NCBI GenBank assembly: GCA_965217185.1
Contig: OZ244252.1
Span: 800,001-864,000, forward strand
DNA from: an uncultured Candidatus Entotheonella sp.
GTDB lineage: Bacteria > Tectomicrobia > Entotheonellia > Entotheonellales > Entotheonellaceae
Direction of reading: 5' to 3'
Length of the DNA: 64,000 nucleotides
Shown here: positions 9,491 through 18,022 of the stretch, piece by piece
Layout of the letters: every line of letters begins with the position of its first letter
Position numbering within the stretch: the first letter of the stretch is position 1
Position numbers and translations under genes: made by a program
Notes under the pieces: model-generated
Seen by the model: only the letters and a program-made list of their open reading frames with translations
Database searches by the model: none
What the model was told of the DNA's origin: nothing

Positions 9491-9778
9491 GTGCCAATCC
9501 AAACGACCTATACCCGTGCCCGCGCGAACCTAGCCGCGCTCTGCGACGAAGTCACAGCCAACCGCGAGGTTGTGATCATCCAGCGCCGCGGCGCCGAAGA
9601 TGTCGCCCTGGTTGCTGCCGAGGAGCTTGATGGACTTCTGGAAACAGCGCACCTCTTGCGGTCCCCGGTAAATGCCGAACGGCTTCTGACGGCACTGGCT
9701 CGCGCTCAACGCCGCACACTTTCCCCGCAGTCTCTTGACGCATTGCGCAGGAGCACGGGTCTTGACGAATCCGCGTAA
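9491..9778 (+). CDS. yefM: Phd/YefM family antitoxin
   Basis: TYTRARANLAALCDEV...VIIQRRGAEDVALVA...LETAHLLRSPVNAERLL. Confidence 0.9.
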   Translation: MPIQTTYTRARANLAALCDEVTANREVVIIQRRGAEDVALVAAEELDGLLETAHLLRSPVNAERLLTALARAQRRTLSPQSLDALRRSTGLDESA

Positions 9779-10055
9779 GAATCCCGAACCCGGGCCGCGC
9801 AATGCGGTCTTCCACCCGGAGTTCCGCGATGATCTGCGTTACTGGGTCGAAACCGAGCGTCGAACGGCTCTGCGTTTGCTGAGTCTGGTGGAAGCGGTTC
9901 TGCGCGACCCATTCCGGGGTCTGGGCAAACCCGAACCGCTGAAGTATCTCGGTGCCGGCGTGTGGTCGCGTCGACTGACCCAAGAGCACCGTCTGGTCTA
10001 TCTGGTGAGTGCTGACCGCGTGGACTTTCTTCAAGCCCGTTATCACTATTTCTGA
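9762..10055 (+). CDS. yoeB: Txe/YoeB family toxin (ribosome-dependent RNase)
   Basis: FRDDLRYW, DPFRGLGKPEPLKY, WSRRLTQEHRLVY, C-terminal ARYHY. Start uncertain (TTG at 9762 overlapping the antitoxin). Confidence 0.9.
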   Translation: MTNPRKNPEPGPRNAVFHPEFRDDLRYWVETERRTALRLLSLVEAVLRDPFRGLGKPEPLKYLGAGVWSRRLTQEHRLVYLVSADRVDFLQARYHYF

Positions 10056-10069
10056 TTCCCCGTAAGCGT

Positions 10070-11440
10070 TTAGCGGCCATTCCCCACGCGCTCCACGTTT
10101 TTGCTCCCAAGAATCATGGCTTCAACGTCCTGGCGGGTTCGGGCGAGGCGTGACTTAGCGGCGTCGAGGTCGGTCAGCGCCTTTTCTCTGGCTTGCGCGT
10201 ATGCCTGCTGCTCGGATACGGGGAGGTAGGGAACTCGAAGCTGGCATAAGTTCTCGGTGTACATGCGCTGCTTGACGGCCCCGACACGGTTGAACTGAAC
10301 GAGGTCGATGAAGAAGGGTGTCTGAATGAGGACGGCGACAAAATCCGGTAACATCGGGTCGCGGGCATTTTCCCTCATGCGCCAGACTTGATACTCGGGG
10401 CTGGTAATGGCGTCTTCGGGGACATCCGGGACAATCCCCAACGAGCCGACGTTACAGCGCGTCGGGTTGTGGAAGAACCAGTCTTTGCGGATGCGTTTGT
10501 AGGCGGCATTGAACGTTTCGCCTTTCTGATAGCTGTTGAGGAAAACGCCCTCCTTGTTGTTCACGCCGTAGACAGGCCACGCCTTTTCCGGCATGTCGAA
10601 TGGCCGGACGAGTTCGGTGACCTCCTCGATAAAATCCCCCATCGGTCGCAAGGATGGACACGCCAGACGAAAGGCGGCGGCGCGGCCCGATTTTGCGTCC
10701 CATGCGTCCAGGTCTTTGAAGTCGAGGGCGAAAAAGCGGGTGTGAATTACGTCCTGGGAAGCTGTATTTCGGTACACCTGCACGAGGTGATCGCTTAAGT
10801 CAGCAATAGGCTTCTTGAGGGATTCTTGTGCTGTCTCAACTGCAGTATGAGCCTCGCGCCAATAAGCAACGATAGCCTCTTGTTCCTGAAGCGGGGGGAG
10901 TGGAATACGAAAAAGAAGTATCTCTTTCTCTTTGAGTCGATTACGGCTAACTGCCGCCGACCCCGTAGAGGCCGAACTCACCGCCCGGAGAACGCGTTTT
11001 GTCAGAAAGTAGAGATAAAGGAATTCCGGCAAAATTTTGTCTGATCGGACCCGGAACTGTGGGAATTCATTGGAAACGAAATGGTCCGCGAAAGAAGTGG
11101 GAACAACAGCAAAAGACGCTTTCCATGCGAACAACCTATTGTAAATGAAGGCTCTTGGTACAGCGGGCGTGAGATAAGTTGAACTGAGAGATGCGCCTTC
11201 CACCGTCTCCCGGTGAAAGACGCCATTACCATACCACTTGACTCCCATAAGATTGTACTGCCTTTCCAGATCAACACGGCGCCGTTCTGTAATAGGTGCT
11301 ACGACCTCGCCAACCGCGGCTTCTTTCCATGTTGACGGAAGATGTGGGAACGAAAGGAGTCGTTCTGGATTGATCCATCGTTCAAGTTCCTCCCACCAAG
11401 CGACAGCAGCGTGTGGGTTATTTTTATATGTCGCAATCAT
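10070..11440 (-). CDS. Restriction-modification specificity (S) subunit with two TRDs
   Basis: Two repeats ending in IPLPPLQEQEAIV and VPYLPVSEQQAY. Directly follows the R-M gene (5-bp gap with ATG at 11440). Confidence 0.8.
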   Translation of the reverse strand: MIATYKNNPHAAVAWWEELERWINPERLLSFPHLPSTWKEAAVGEVVAPITERRRVDLERQYNLMGVKWYGNGVFHRETVEGASLSSTYLTPAVPRAFIYNRLFAWKASFAVVPTSFADHFVSNEFPQFRVRSDKILPEFLYLYFLTKRVLRAVSSASTGSAAVSRNRLKEKEILLFRIPLPPLQEQEAIVAYWREAHTAVETAQESLKKPIADLSDHLVQVYRNTASQDVIHTRFFALDFKDLDAWDAKSGRAAAFRLACPSLRPMGDFIEEVTELVRPFDMPEKAWPVYGVNNKEGVFLNSYQKGETFNAAYKRIRKDWFFHNPTRCNVGSLGIVPDVPEDAITSPEYQVWRMRENARDPMLPDFVAVLIQTPFFIDLVQFNRVGAVKQRMYTENLCQLRVPYLPVSEQQAYAQAREKALTDLDAAKSRLARTRQDVEAMILGSKNVERVGNGR

Positions 11441-11445
11441 TAGGT

Positions 11446-13701
11446 TCACACCAAATTGTTGGACAACTTCATGGTGTTCAAGAACTCCCGATAGACTTCG
11501 AGTGCGGTATTCTTGATGCCTTCCGGCTTGCACTCGCCGAGCACAGGCTCATTTGGCACGCGGTCGGTTTCGCCGGTGGCGGTGATGCCGACGTGCTCTG
11601 CTTCATAGAGAAAGACGGGGTAGGGGAAACGCGATTTGAGCAGGGCGCGTGCCTCAGCTTTGATTTTCGCTTCCATGTCGCGTTGGTACTGCTTCAGTTC
11701 GGCTTGCAATGCCTTACGGCTGTCAACAGCCCTGGCTTCCTTGGCTTGGGTAATCGCCGCTTCAAGTGCCCCAATGCGTTCAGCCATCTCGAGGGCGTAC
11801 TTGTCGCGGGTTTCCTGTTCGGCGGTCACCTTCTTGGCGTTGAAGCCGGCCTGTTCTTCATCGGTGAATTTCTGCATGAACAGCAGCGACGCCTTTACGG
11901 AGGCGCCGGACGACACAAAGGTCTCCGGCGGCAGGGAGACAACGGCCCGGATGAAGGCGCGGTCTTCGCAGAACTCGCGGACGTAGGCCAGCGAGGGGTT
12001 GTTGAAGACGCCTTCGGGAAGCACGATGCCGAGACGGCCGCCGGGCTTCAACAAGTCAAGACACCGTTCGATGAAGAGAAGCTCGGTCTTGATCTTGCCG
12101 ACTTGCCGATTCCCCTTTGCGGTCGGCAGGGCAAACAGGCTGGCGATGGGTTTCCCCTTAGTGGCGCGCACTCGATTCAGCGCGTCGCGGTAGGGGTCGC
12201 CGTAGCGGTCGGCATACTGACGTTCGAGTTCGCCAGGAATTGTGACCTGCTCTTCGAGAACTGTGTCCGAAGGCTCGACGCTGGCGCCAAAAGGCGGGTT
12301 GGTCAGGATGATGTCGAAGCGGCCGTCGAAGATGCCATTGACGTTTAGAAAGCCGTCGTGGTGATGCACCCCGCCGTGACCGTCACCGTGCATGATCATG
12401 TTCATTTTGCTGGTGCGGGCCATGCGGTCGTTGGCGTCCGTGCCGTAGATGCAGCGGTTGGCCAGGTTCCACATTCGCGAGCCGTGAACGTCCTGGTCAA
12501 GCGTCTTTTGCAATTCCTTGTATTTGCTGCGGAGTGCCGCGGCCTTGTCCTCCGCGGGCAGGTGCGTGGCGCCGTCGATCTCCCGGCGGAAGGCTTGATA
12601 GCACCGGTCCACGTCGGCAAGAATCTGCTCCCGCACGATCTCGAAGCAGCGTATCAGGAAGCCGCCGGAGCCGCTCGCCGGGTCGCAGATGCCGTCTCCC
12701 TCCTGCGGGTCCACCATGCGCACCATGAACTCGACGATGGGGCGTGGCGTGAAGAACTGGCCGATTTCACCTCGGAAGGTCTTGCCAAGAAAGCGCTCGA
12801 AGGCAATGCCCTTGATGTCTTCACTGGTGTCGGACAGGTTGTAGCGTTCGAGAAGCCGGACGATTTCGAGGCCGGTGGCAGACTTCAGATTCAGGTTTTC
12901 GTCTTCCGCAAAGATGCGATCCGCTTGGTAGTGCGTTTTCGTTTGCCGAAACAGGTCTTCAAGAGGATTGTCGGCAATTTGCTCTTCAAGGAACGAGACG
13001 GTGAACAGGTTCTCGCGCTGCTGCCGGCGCTTCAGCTCGCGTTCGACGTAAACCTTGGTGAACAGAATTTTGGCGATTTCGTCGAAAGCTGCTACCGGAT
13101 CCATCTTCTCGCGGTTCCTGATGACGTTGTGGCATTGGTGGAGCAGGGCGGCGAACTCGTCTTCCTTGAAGGTTTTCAGGCGGGTGAGGAGGGCATCAAT
13201 TTGCTTGTCAGTGGCGTCCGCGTGCGGGATGTCTTCGATCTCTTCCAGGTAGCCGGGCATGCGGTCTTTGCGGACCCGCCAGAATCTGGTTTTCGTGTTG
13301 TTGTGGGTGACGAAGAAAGGCGCGTTCGTCAAGCGGGCATAGTTGTCGCCCTGGGCGTAGTCTTTAGACCGAATCGTTACATTGTCAGACTTGCATTCGA
13401 CAATGACCAGCGGGGGCTTTTGGTCGGCCTTGTCGAGGGCCGAGCGCCATACGACGAAGTCGGCCTGGGCGCCCCCGGTGCCGCGCCCCGTCAATTCCAT
13501 TTCCTCGGCTATCTGTTCCAGGTTGTAGCCGTATTCGTGCAGCAGGATAAGCAGATATTCCTGGCGGACGTATTCTTCCGGCGTTTCGACAAGCCATTTG
13601 CGGCGGATGCGGCTCCATATCTTGCCGTCTTTGCGTTGCAGGCTCGCGCCGCTCTTGGCGACATACTCGGGTTTGGGTTCCTGGACTTGGGTTTGTTTCA
13701 T
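11446..13701 (-). CDS. Fused endonuclease-N6-adenine methyltransferase (HsdR_N-type nuclease plus N6 MTase; BcgI-like/Type IIB-IIG R-M subunit)
   Basis: N-terminal TPEEYVRQ...ADFVVW...IVECK (PD-(D/E)xK); GQFFTPR, DPASGSGGFL, ILTNPPFG. Confidence 0.85.
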   Translation of the reverse strand: MKQTQVQEPKPEYVAKSGASLQRKDGKIWSRIRRKWLVETPEEYVRQEYLLILLHEYGYNLEQIAEEMELTGRGTGGAQADFVVWRSALDKADQKPPLVIVECKSDNVTIRSKDYAQGDNYARLTNAPFFVTHNNTKTRFWRVRKDRMPGYLEEIEDIPHADATDKQIDALLTRLKTFKEDEFAALLHQCHNVIRNREKMDPVAAFDEIAKILFTKVYVERELKRRQQRENLFTVSFLEEQIADNPLEDLFRQTKTHYQADRIFAEDENLNLKSATGLEIVRLLERYNLSDTSEDIKGIAFERFLGKTFRGEIGQFFTPRPIVEFMVRMVDPQEGDGICDPASGSGGFLIRCFEIVREQILADVDRCYQAFRREIDGATHLPAEDKAAALRSKYKELQKTLDQDVHGSRMWNLANRCIYGTDANDRMARTSKMNMIMHGDGHGGVHHHDGFLNVNGIFDGRFDIILTNPPFGASVEPSDTVLEEQVTIPGELERQYADRYGDPYRDALNRVRATKGKPIASLFALPTAKGNRQVGKIKTELLFIERCLDLLKPGGRLGIVLPEGVFNNPSLAYVREFCEDRAFIRAVVSLPPETFVSSGASVKASLLFMQKFTDEEQAGFNAKKVTAEQETRDKYALEMAERIGALEAAITQAKEARAVDSRKALQAELKQYQRDMEAKIKAEARALLKSRFPYPVFLYEAEHVGITATGETDRVPNEPVLGECKPEGIKNTALEVYREFLNTMKLSNNLV

Positions 13702-13750
13702 GCCCCCGGTTCGTTCCTTCCTTCGTCATTCCCGCCAGTCTGACGGCCCT

Positions 13751-14035
13751 CTACTCACGGGCAGTCGAATCAAACACGGCGCACAGAATATAGAGGCCCG
13801 TTTGCTCAAAGATTGCCGCCGCGTGTTCTGCAATGGCGAGTTCAATACGCTCCTCTTCCGCCTCGGAGAGGGATGGAGGGGGGAAAACGTCAAGATGACC
13901 ATCTTCATCTTCACAGGGCACCGTGCTGGTTTCGACTTCTGCTTCAGGACAGAGCTCCTTCGCATAAAGCGCCAGTTCGGTGAGTTTTCTATCCAGTAAG
14001 AGGCGATATTCAGTTTGGGGTGTCGGAAGTTTCAT
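13751..14035 (-). CDS. Small acidic hypothetical protein (94 aa) upstream of the R-M operon
   Basis: ATG at 14035 (MKLPTPQTEY...) preceded by GAGGAGG. Co-oriented and 49 bp upstream of the R-M gene. Confidence 0.55.
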   Translation of the reverse strand: MKLPTPQTEYRLLLDRKLTELALYAKELCPEAEVETSTVPCEDEDGHLDVFPPPSLSEAEEERIELAIAEHAAAIFEQTGLYILCAVFDSTARE

Positions 14036-14416
14036 CGTTGTAGGGCCTCCTCGACGGCAGCCACAAATCTCGTTGCCCTCCGCAGCATACGCTGAGCCAT
14101 TTTCTGGCTTATGCCGGGAGCCCCGTAGTCGGCTCCCCGTGGCGTACCCGCAGGCCTGTGGATAGGTAATCGCGCAAGGCAGAGGCATACATTTTGCGGC
14201 GAGAGATGAGTTCTGTAGTGAATGTTGCTTGGAGAACCGCACGCCCCCAGGTCTCACGTGTAAAACCAGTAGCTTCAAGGGCAACTTTGAGCGGCCTGAA
14301 ACATCGCATAGTAGGCACGACTGGCTGCAGAATTCACGTACCCCGCTTGTAGGCACAGATTTGCGGCCTGTAGCGATTCTTGAGCGCGTCCCAGGTTCAT
14401 GCGACGTCTCGTTTTA

Positions 14417-15463
14417 TCAGCCGCAAGCTAAAGCGTAGATCTGCGTCGCGCCTTGCGGCAGCGGGTGGGGTTCCCACATCTCGCCGCCATCGGTGCTGCC
14501 GAACACCTCGCCGCCGTTGGTGGCGCAGTACATCCGGCTGGGCTGGCGTTCGACGAACGCCAGCTTGAACATCGTATGGCTCGGCTGCAGGCCCATGTCC
14601 ACCCGCTTCCAGGACGTGCCGCCGTTGGTGCTGCGGAACAGGACGCCGACGTCGCTGCGGAAATCCGCCCCGGCCGCTACCCAGATCGTCTTGGGGTCGC
14701 CCGGCACTTCCCGGATGTCGCGGCAGTAGATTTGCCCCTTGGCGTTGAGGGGTTCGAGTTGCACGTGCTGCCAGTGGTCGCCGTGGTCCGGGCTGTGGAA
14801 CATGCCGGCGCGGGTGATGCTATAGACGACTCCAGGGCGCAAACGGCTGACCAGGACTCCGTGGGTGTCCACCGAGTCGTCATTCAGGTATTGACCGTGG
14901 CTGAGGTTTTCCCAGTGCTCACCGCCGTCCGTGCTGCGAATCATGCCGCCGACTTCGATGGCGCCGTATAACACGTCAGGGTCGACCACGCTGCCGCCGA
15001 TCATCAAGACCCGCTTCGCCGGGTTGGCGCCCGGTGCCATGGTGATTTCCGGGAAGCGGACGCTGACGGGCACCGGTTGCCAGGTGTCGCCGCCGTTCTC
15101 GCTGCGGTAAATCTCGCAGTTCTCGTATCCGGCGTACATCAGATCGGCGTCGTGCGGATGAAAAATCAGCGACCAGACGGGCAGGCCGTGATCCAGCACG
15201 TTGACTTTCTCCCAGTGGTCGCCGTGGTCCGTACTGCGGTAGGGGCCTTCCTGGGTGCCCACGTACACGATTTCAGGCTGCTGCGGGTGAACGGCGATAG
15301 CCCGAATCGCCGGCGCCTCGGGCAGGCCGTGACTCAGGGTTTCCCACTCACCATCGCCCGCGGCTTTGCGATACAGGCCGGATTGAACAACCCGGCCCGG
15401 CGTGGTTTCACCGGCCAAGCCGGCATATACAAAGGACCTCTGGTCTGATATTTGGGTTGGCAT
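14417..15463 (-). CDS. BNR/Asp-box repeat beta-propeller protein (no signal peptide evident)
   Basis: Six Asp-boxes: RSTDHGDHW, RSENGGDTW, RSTDGGEHW, HSPDHGDHW, RSTNGGTSW, GSTDGGEMW. AAGGAG upstream of ATG 15463. Confidence 0.85.
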   Translation of the reverse strand: MPTQISDQRSFVYAGLAGETTPGRVVQSGLYRKAAGDGEWETLSHGLPEAPAIRAIAVHPQQPEIVYVGTQEGPYRSTDHGDHWEKVNVLDHGLPVWSLIFHPHDADLMYAGYENCEIYRSENGGDTWQPVPVSVRFPEITMAPGANPAKRVLMIGGSVVDPDVLYGAIEVGGMIRSTDGGEHWENLSHGQYLNDDSVDTHGVLVSRLRPGVVYSITRAGMFHSPDHGDHWQHVQLEPLNAKGQIYCRDIREVPGDPKTIWVAAGADFRSDVGVLFRSTNGGTSWKRVDMGLQPSHTMFKLAFVERQPSRMYCATNGGEVFGSTDGGEMWEPHPLPQGATQIYALACG

Positions 15464-15588
15464 GGGATGGGTCTCCTTCCTTACGGTTTGCAGGGCGATT
15501 ATCAAAGGTCTCGATCATCCTCCGGCTGCCAATCTTGGCCGGTTTACAGGGCACCGTCAACGATTTCAGGCGCTTGTCCGCCGCAGTC

Positions 15589-16983
15589 TCACCCGAGAGC
15601 AGGGTGTCTGGATATCCACTCCGTCGCGCGTTCGTAAGCGCGGGCGACACGGTACACGGTCGTTTCATCGCCGGGTTTGCCGATAATCTGCATGGAGAGC
15701 GGCAAGCCCGTTGAGGCGAAGCCAGTGGGAACGGCGAGGGCCGGGGACCCGGTGACATTGAAGGGTGCTCGCGCTTGCCGTCCGTATTGTTTTTCGCACA
15801 ACTCGGCATCTTCAATCGGACAGGCCGGTTCCATGCTTGAGGCGGTAATGGCCACGTCGACGGATGCCATACAGGCATTGAACTGATGCCTCAGCGCCTC
15901 CCGTTGGCGCAGGGCGTGCACGTAATCAACGGCACGAAAAAAGGCGCCTGGCAGCAGTCGCTCGCGAGTCAGGTCGCCATAATCCGCCGGCCGTTCCTGC
16001 AGCCATTTTTCGTGAATCGCATAGGCTTCCGATAACAGGATCACCCGGTTTGCCGACGTATAATCGACGAGTGGACCTGGATCGATCTCTTGTATCTCCG
16101 CCCCCTGTCCGGCCAGAATCCGCACGGCGTCCTCGATGCTCTGGGCCATCTCCGCATCGGCTTCAAAATCGGTGTTGTAGAAGCGTCGGATGACCCCGAC
16201 CTTGAGGCCGTTGACGCCTTTATCCAAGTCGGCGGTGAAATCCGGCACCGCGTCGCGGCTGCTGCCCGGGTCCTGAGGGTCATGCCCGGCAATGACGCCC
16301 AGTAGCAGTGCGTTGTCCGTGACAGTCCGGGTCATTGGACCAATATGATCCAGGGAATACGACAAGGGAAGAACGCCACGGCGGCTGACGCGCCCATAGG
16401 TTGCTTTCATCCCGACAATGCCGCACATGGAGGCTGGGTTGCGCACCGAGCCGCCTGTGTCGGTCCCCAAGGCGGCAGGGACAAACCCGGCAGCCAGGGC
16501 CACGCCGGAGCCGCTCGATGATCCACCCGGGAAGTAGTCCCGATTCCACGCATTCCGTGCGGGCGGCCAGGGTAGATCAAAGGACGGTCCGCCAAGGGCA
16601 AACTCGTGCGTTGACAGCTTGCCCAGCAACACGGCCCCGGCGGCCCGCAACCGACTTGTGACAAAGGCATCTGTCCGCGCCAGATTGTCAGCCAGAATTT
16701 TGGAATGACCCGTCGTTGGTATCCCTTCGACATCGATGATGTCCTTCAGTCCGTATGGAATCCCATGCAGGGGGCCGCGCCAGTTGCCGGCCTGAATATC
16801 GGCCTCAGCCTGTCTGGCTTGTTGCAGGGCTATTTCTGGTGTTTGACGCAAAAAGGCGTTGAACTTGGCGTCATGGGTGTCGATGTGGCGCAAGAGGGCC
16901 TGGGTGTAGTCAACGGGTGAGAGTTCCTTACTGCGGATGCGTGCCGAGGCTTGTGCCAAGGTGAGATAGGCGAGTTCAGTCAT
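15589..16983 (-). CDS. Amidase-signature family enzyme (GatA/AtzE-like)
   Basis: GPLHGIPYGLKD, PGGSSSGSG, GTDTGGSVRNPAS (Ser-cisSer-Lys triad region). Confidence 0.9.
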   Translation of the reverse strand: MTELAYLTLAQASARIRSKELSPVDYTQALLRHIDTHDAKFNAFLRQTPEIALQQARQAEADIQAGNWRGPLHGIPYGLKDIIDVEGIPTTGHSKILADNLARTDAFVTSRLRAAGAVLLGKLSTHEFALGGPSFDLPWPPARNAWNRDYFPGGSSSGSGVALAAGFVPAALGTDTGGSVRNPASMCGIVGMKATYGRVSRRGVLPLSYSLDHIGPMTRTVTDNALLLGVIAGHDPQDPGSSRDAVPDFTADLDKGVNGLKVGVIRRFYNTDFEADAEMAQSIEDAVRILAGQGAEIQEIDPGPLVDYTSANRVILLSEAYAIHEKWLQERPADYGDLTRERLLPGAFFRAVDYVHALRQREALRHQFNACMASVDVAITASSMEPACPIEDAELCEKQYGRQARAPFNVTGSPALAVPTGFASTGLPLSMQIIGKPGDETTVYRVARAYERATEWISRHPALG

Positions 16984-17173
16984 GCTCACGCCTCCGCACC
17001 GCCCGGAATATGTGGGCCGGTTCATCGTACATGTGCAGATGGCGGGGAATACCACGTATCAGCTGCTCAGCCGACGCTTTGGCTTTGGCGAACTGCGCCC
17101 AATGCGTCTCCGAGAGTTGGGTGAGCCCGGCTCGTTGGGCCTCATGTTGGAGTGCATCGTGGTCTTCGGTCAT
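16976..17173 (-). CDS. Small (65 aa) protein translationally coupled to the amidase; AtzG/GatC-like partner candidate
   Basis: MTEDHDALQHEAQRAGL...EPAHIFRA. Its stop overlaps the amidase ATG. Confidence 0.6.
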   Translation of the reverse strand: MTEDHDALQHEAQRAGLTQLSETHWAQFAKAKASAEQLIRGIPRHLHMYDEPAHIFRAVRRREHD

Positions 17174-17358
17174 GCTGCAAACTCCTCTATCGACTGATTT
17201 CACACTTGTGTCGAAGACAGGTTTCAACGCCCGTTGCCATTTTGAAAAGGCCAGCAGACGCGATGGATCAGCCTTCCTGCCCACAATGGCGGAAAAAGGC
17301 CACGCGATACGCCTTGTGCAAGCCCACTTACTGCCAGCAGCAGATGCGTGACGGCTTT

Positions 17359-17787
17359 CTATTGGGCTTTGGCCTCGACGAGCTCGATGCTCACACCGTC
17401 AGGGCCAGCGAGGTAGGCGATGCGCGTACCCGGCGCGAATTCGTAGGGCTCCACGGCAAATTTGCCGCCTTTTTCCCGGATGGCGTTGCAGAACTCGGTC
17501 AGGTCCCCGGCGACCTTGAAGCCGAAGTGATCGGTGCCCCATTGGTCGTGGCTGACGAAATTCTCGAACGATTGCAGGGGCGGGCGTTTCGCCGGGTGCT
17601 CCCCGGGGCGCCGGCCGCGGACCAGAATGGTGGCGCCGTTGAACTGCACCGCGATCTGGGGCGCGCCGCGCACTTCGCTGTGGCGGGTGACGGTGCCGCC
17701 CAGCATGTCGGCGTACCACGCGGCGGCGGATTCCGGCTCCTCGCAGATGATGTGTAAGTGGTCGAAAAGAATCTCTGCGCCGCTCAT
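17359..17787 (-). CDS. VOC (glyoxalase/bleomycin-resistance) family protein
   Basis: FDHLHI, GTDHFGFKV, AYLAGPDGVSIELVE. AAGGAG RBS. Confidence 0.9.
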   Translation of the reverse strand: MSGAEILFDHLHIICEEPESAAAWYADMLGGTVTRHSEVRGAPQIAVQFNGATILVRGRRPGEHPAKRPPLQSFENFVSHDQWGTDHFGFKVAGDLTEFCNAIREKGGKFAVEPYEFAPGTRIAYLAGPDGVSIELVEAKAQ

Positions 17788-18022
17788 GATGGGTTCTCCT
17801 TCTTGGCATGTTGGGTTGGAAGAGGTTGGACGGGGGCAGATTCTATTCCCATTCCTCACCACAGGTCAAAAGGGAACGACGCTTACGACCGCCACTACTG
17901 GGGCTGTAGATGGACCGCCGCCGGTTTGTGACTTATAGTGATGCGCCACTCGTCAGCCGCCGCGGTGCGGACGCCGCGCCCTCACGGAAGCTTGCAACCC
18001 CCCACCATAAAAGGACACTGCC

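Larger units (their letters stand above)
2178..14035. other. Putative defence island (two restriction-modification-like loci plus a toxin-antitoxin pair) inserted after purL
   Basis: Clustering of two DNA methyltransferases, three nuclease-like domains, an S subunit and YefM-YoeB. Visibly less GC-rich than purL. No integrase or att repeat seen. Confidence 0.6.

Noticed and set aside
14036..14356. N-terminal extension of the 201-aa ORF 13751-14356
   Set aside because: A strong RBS precedes ATG 14035 and the upstream translation looks non-coding. The same reasoning was used to trim the ribF, rpsA, xerD, glnD, atpE and LLM starts.
15589..16983. gatA
   Set aside because: No gatB nearby and the context is catabolic, so it is kept as a generic amidase.
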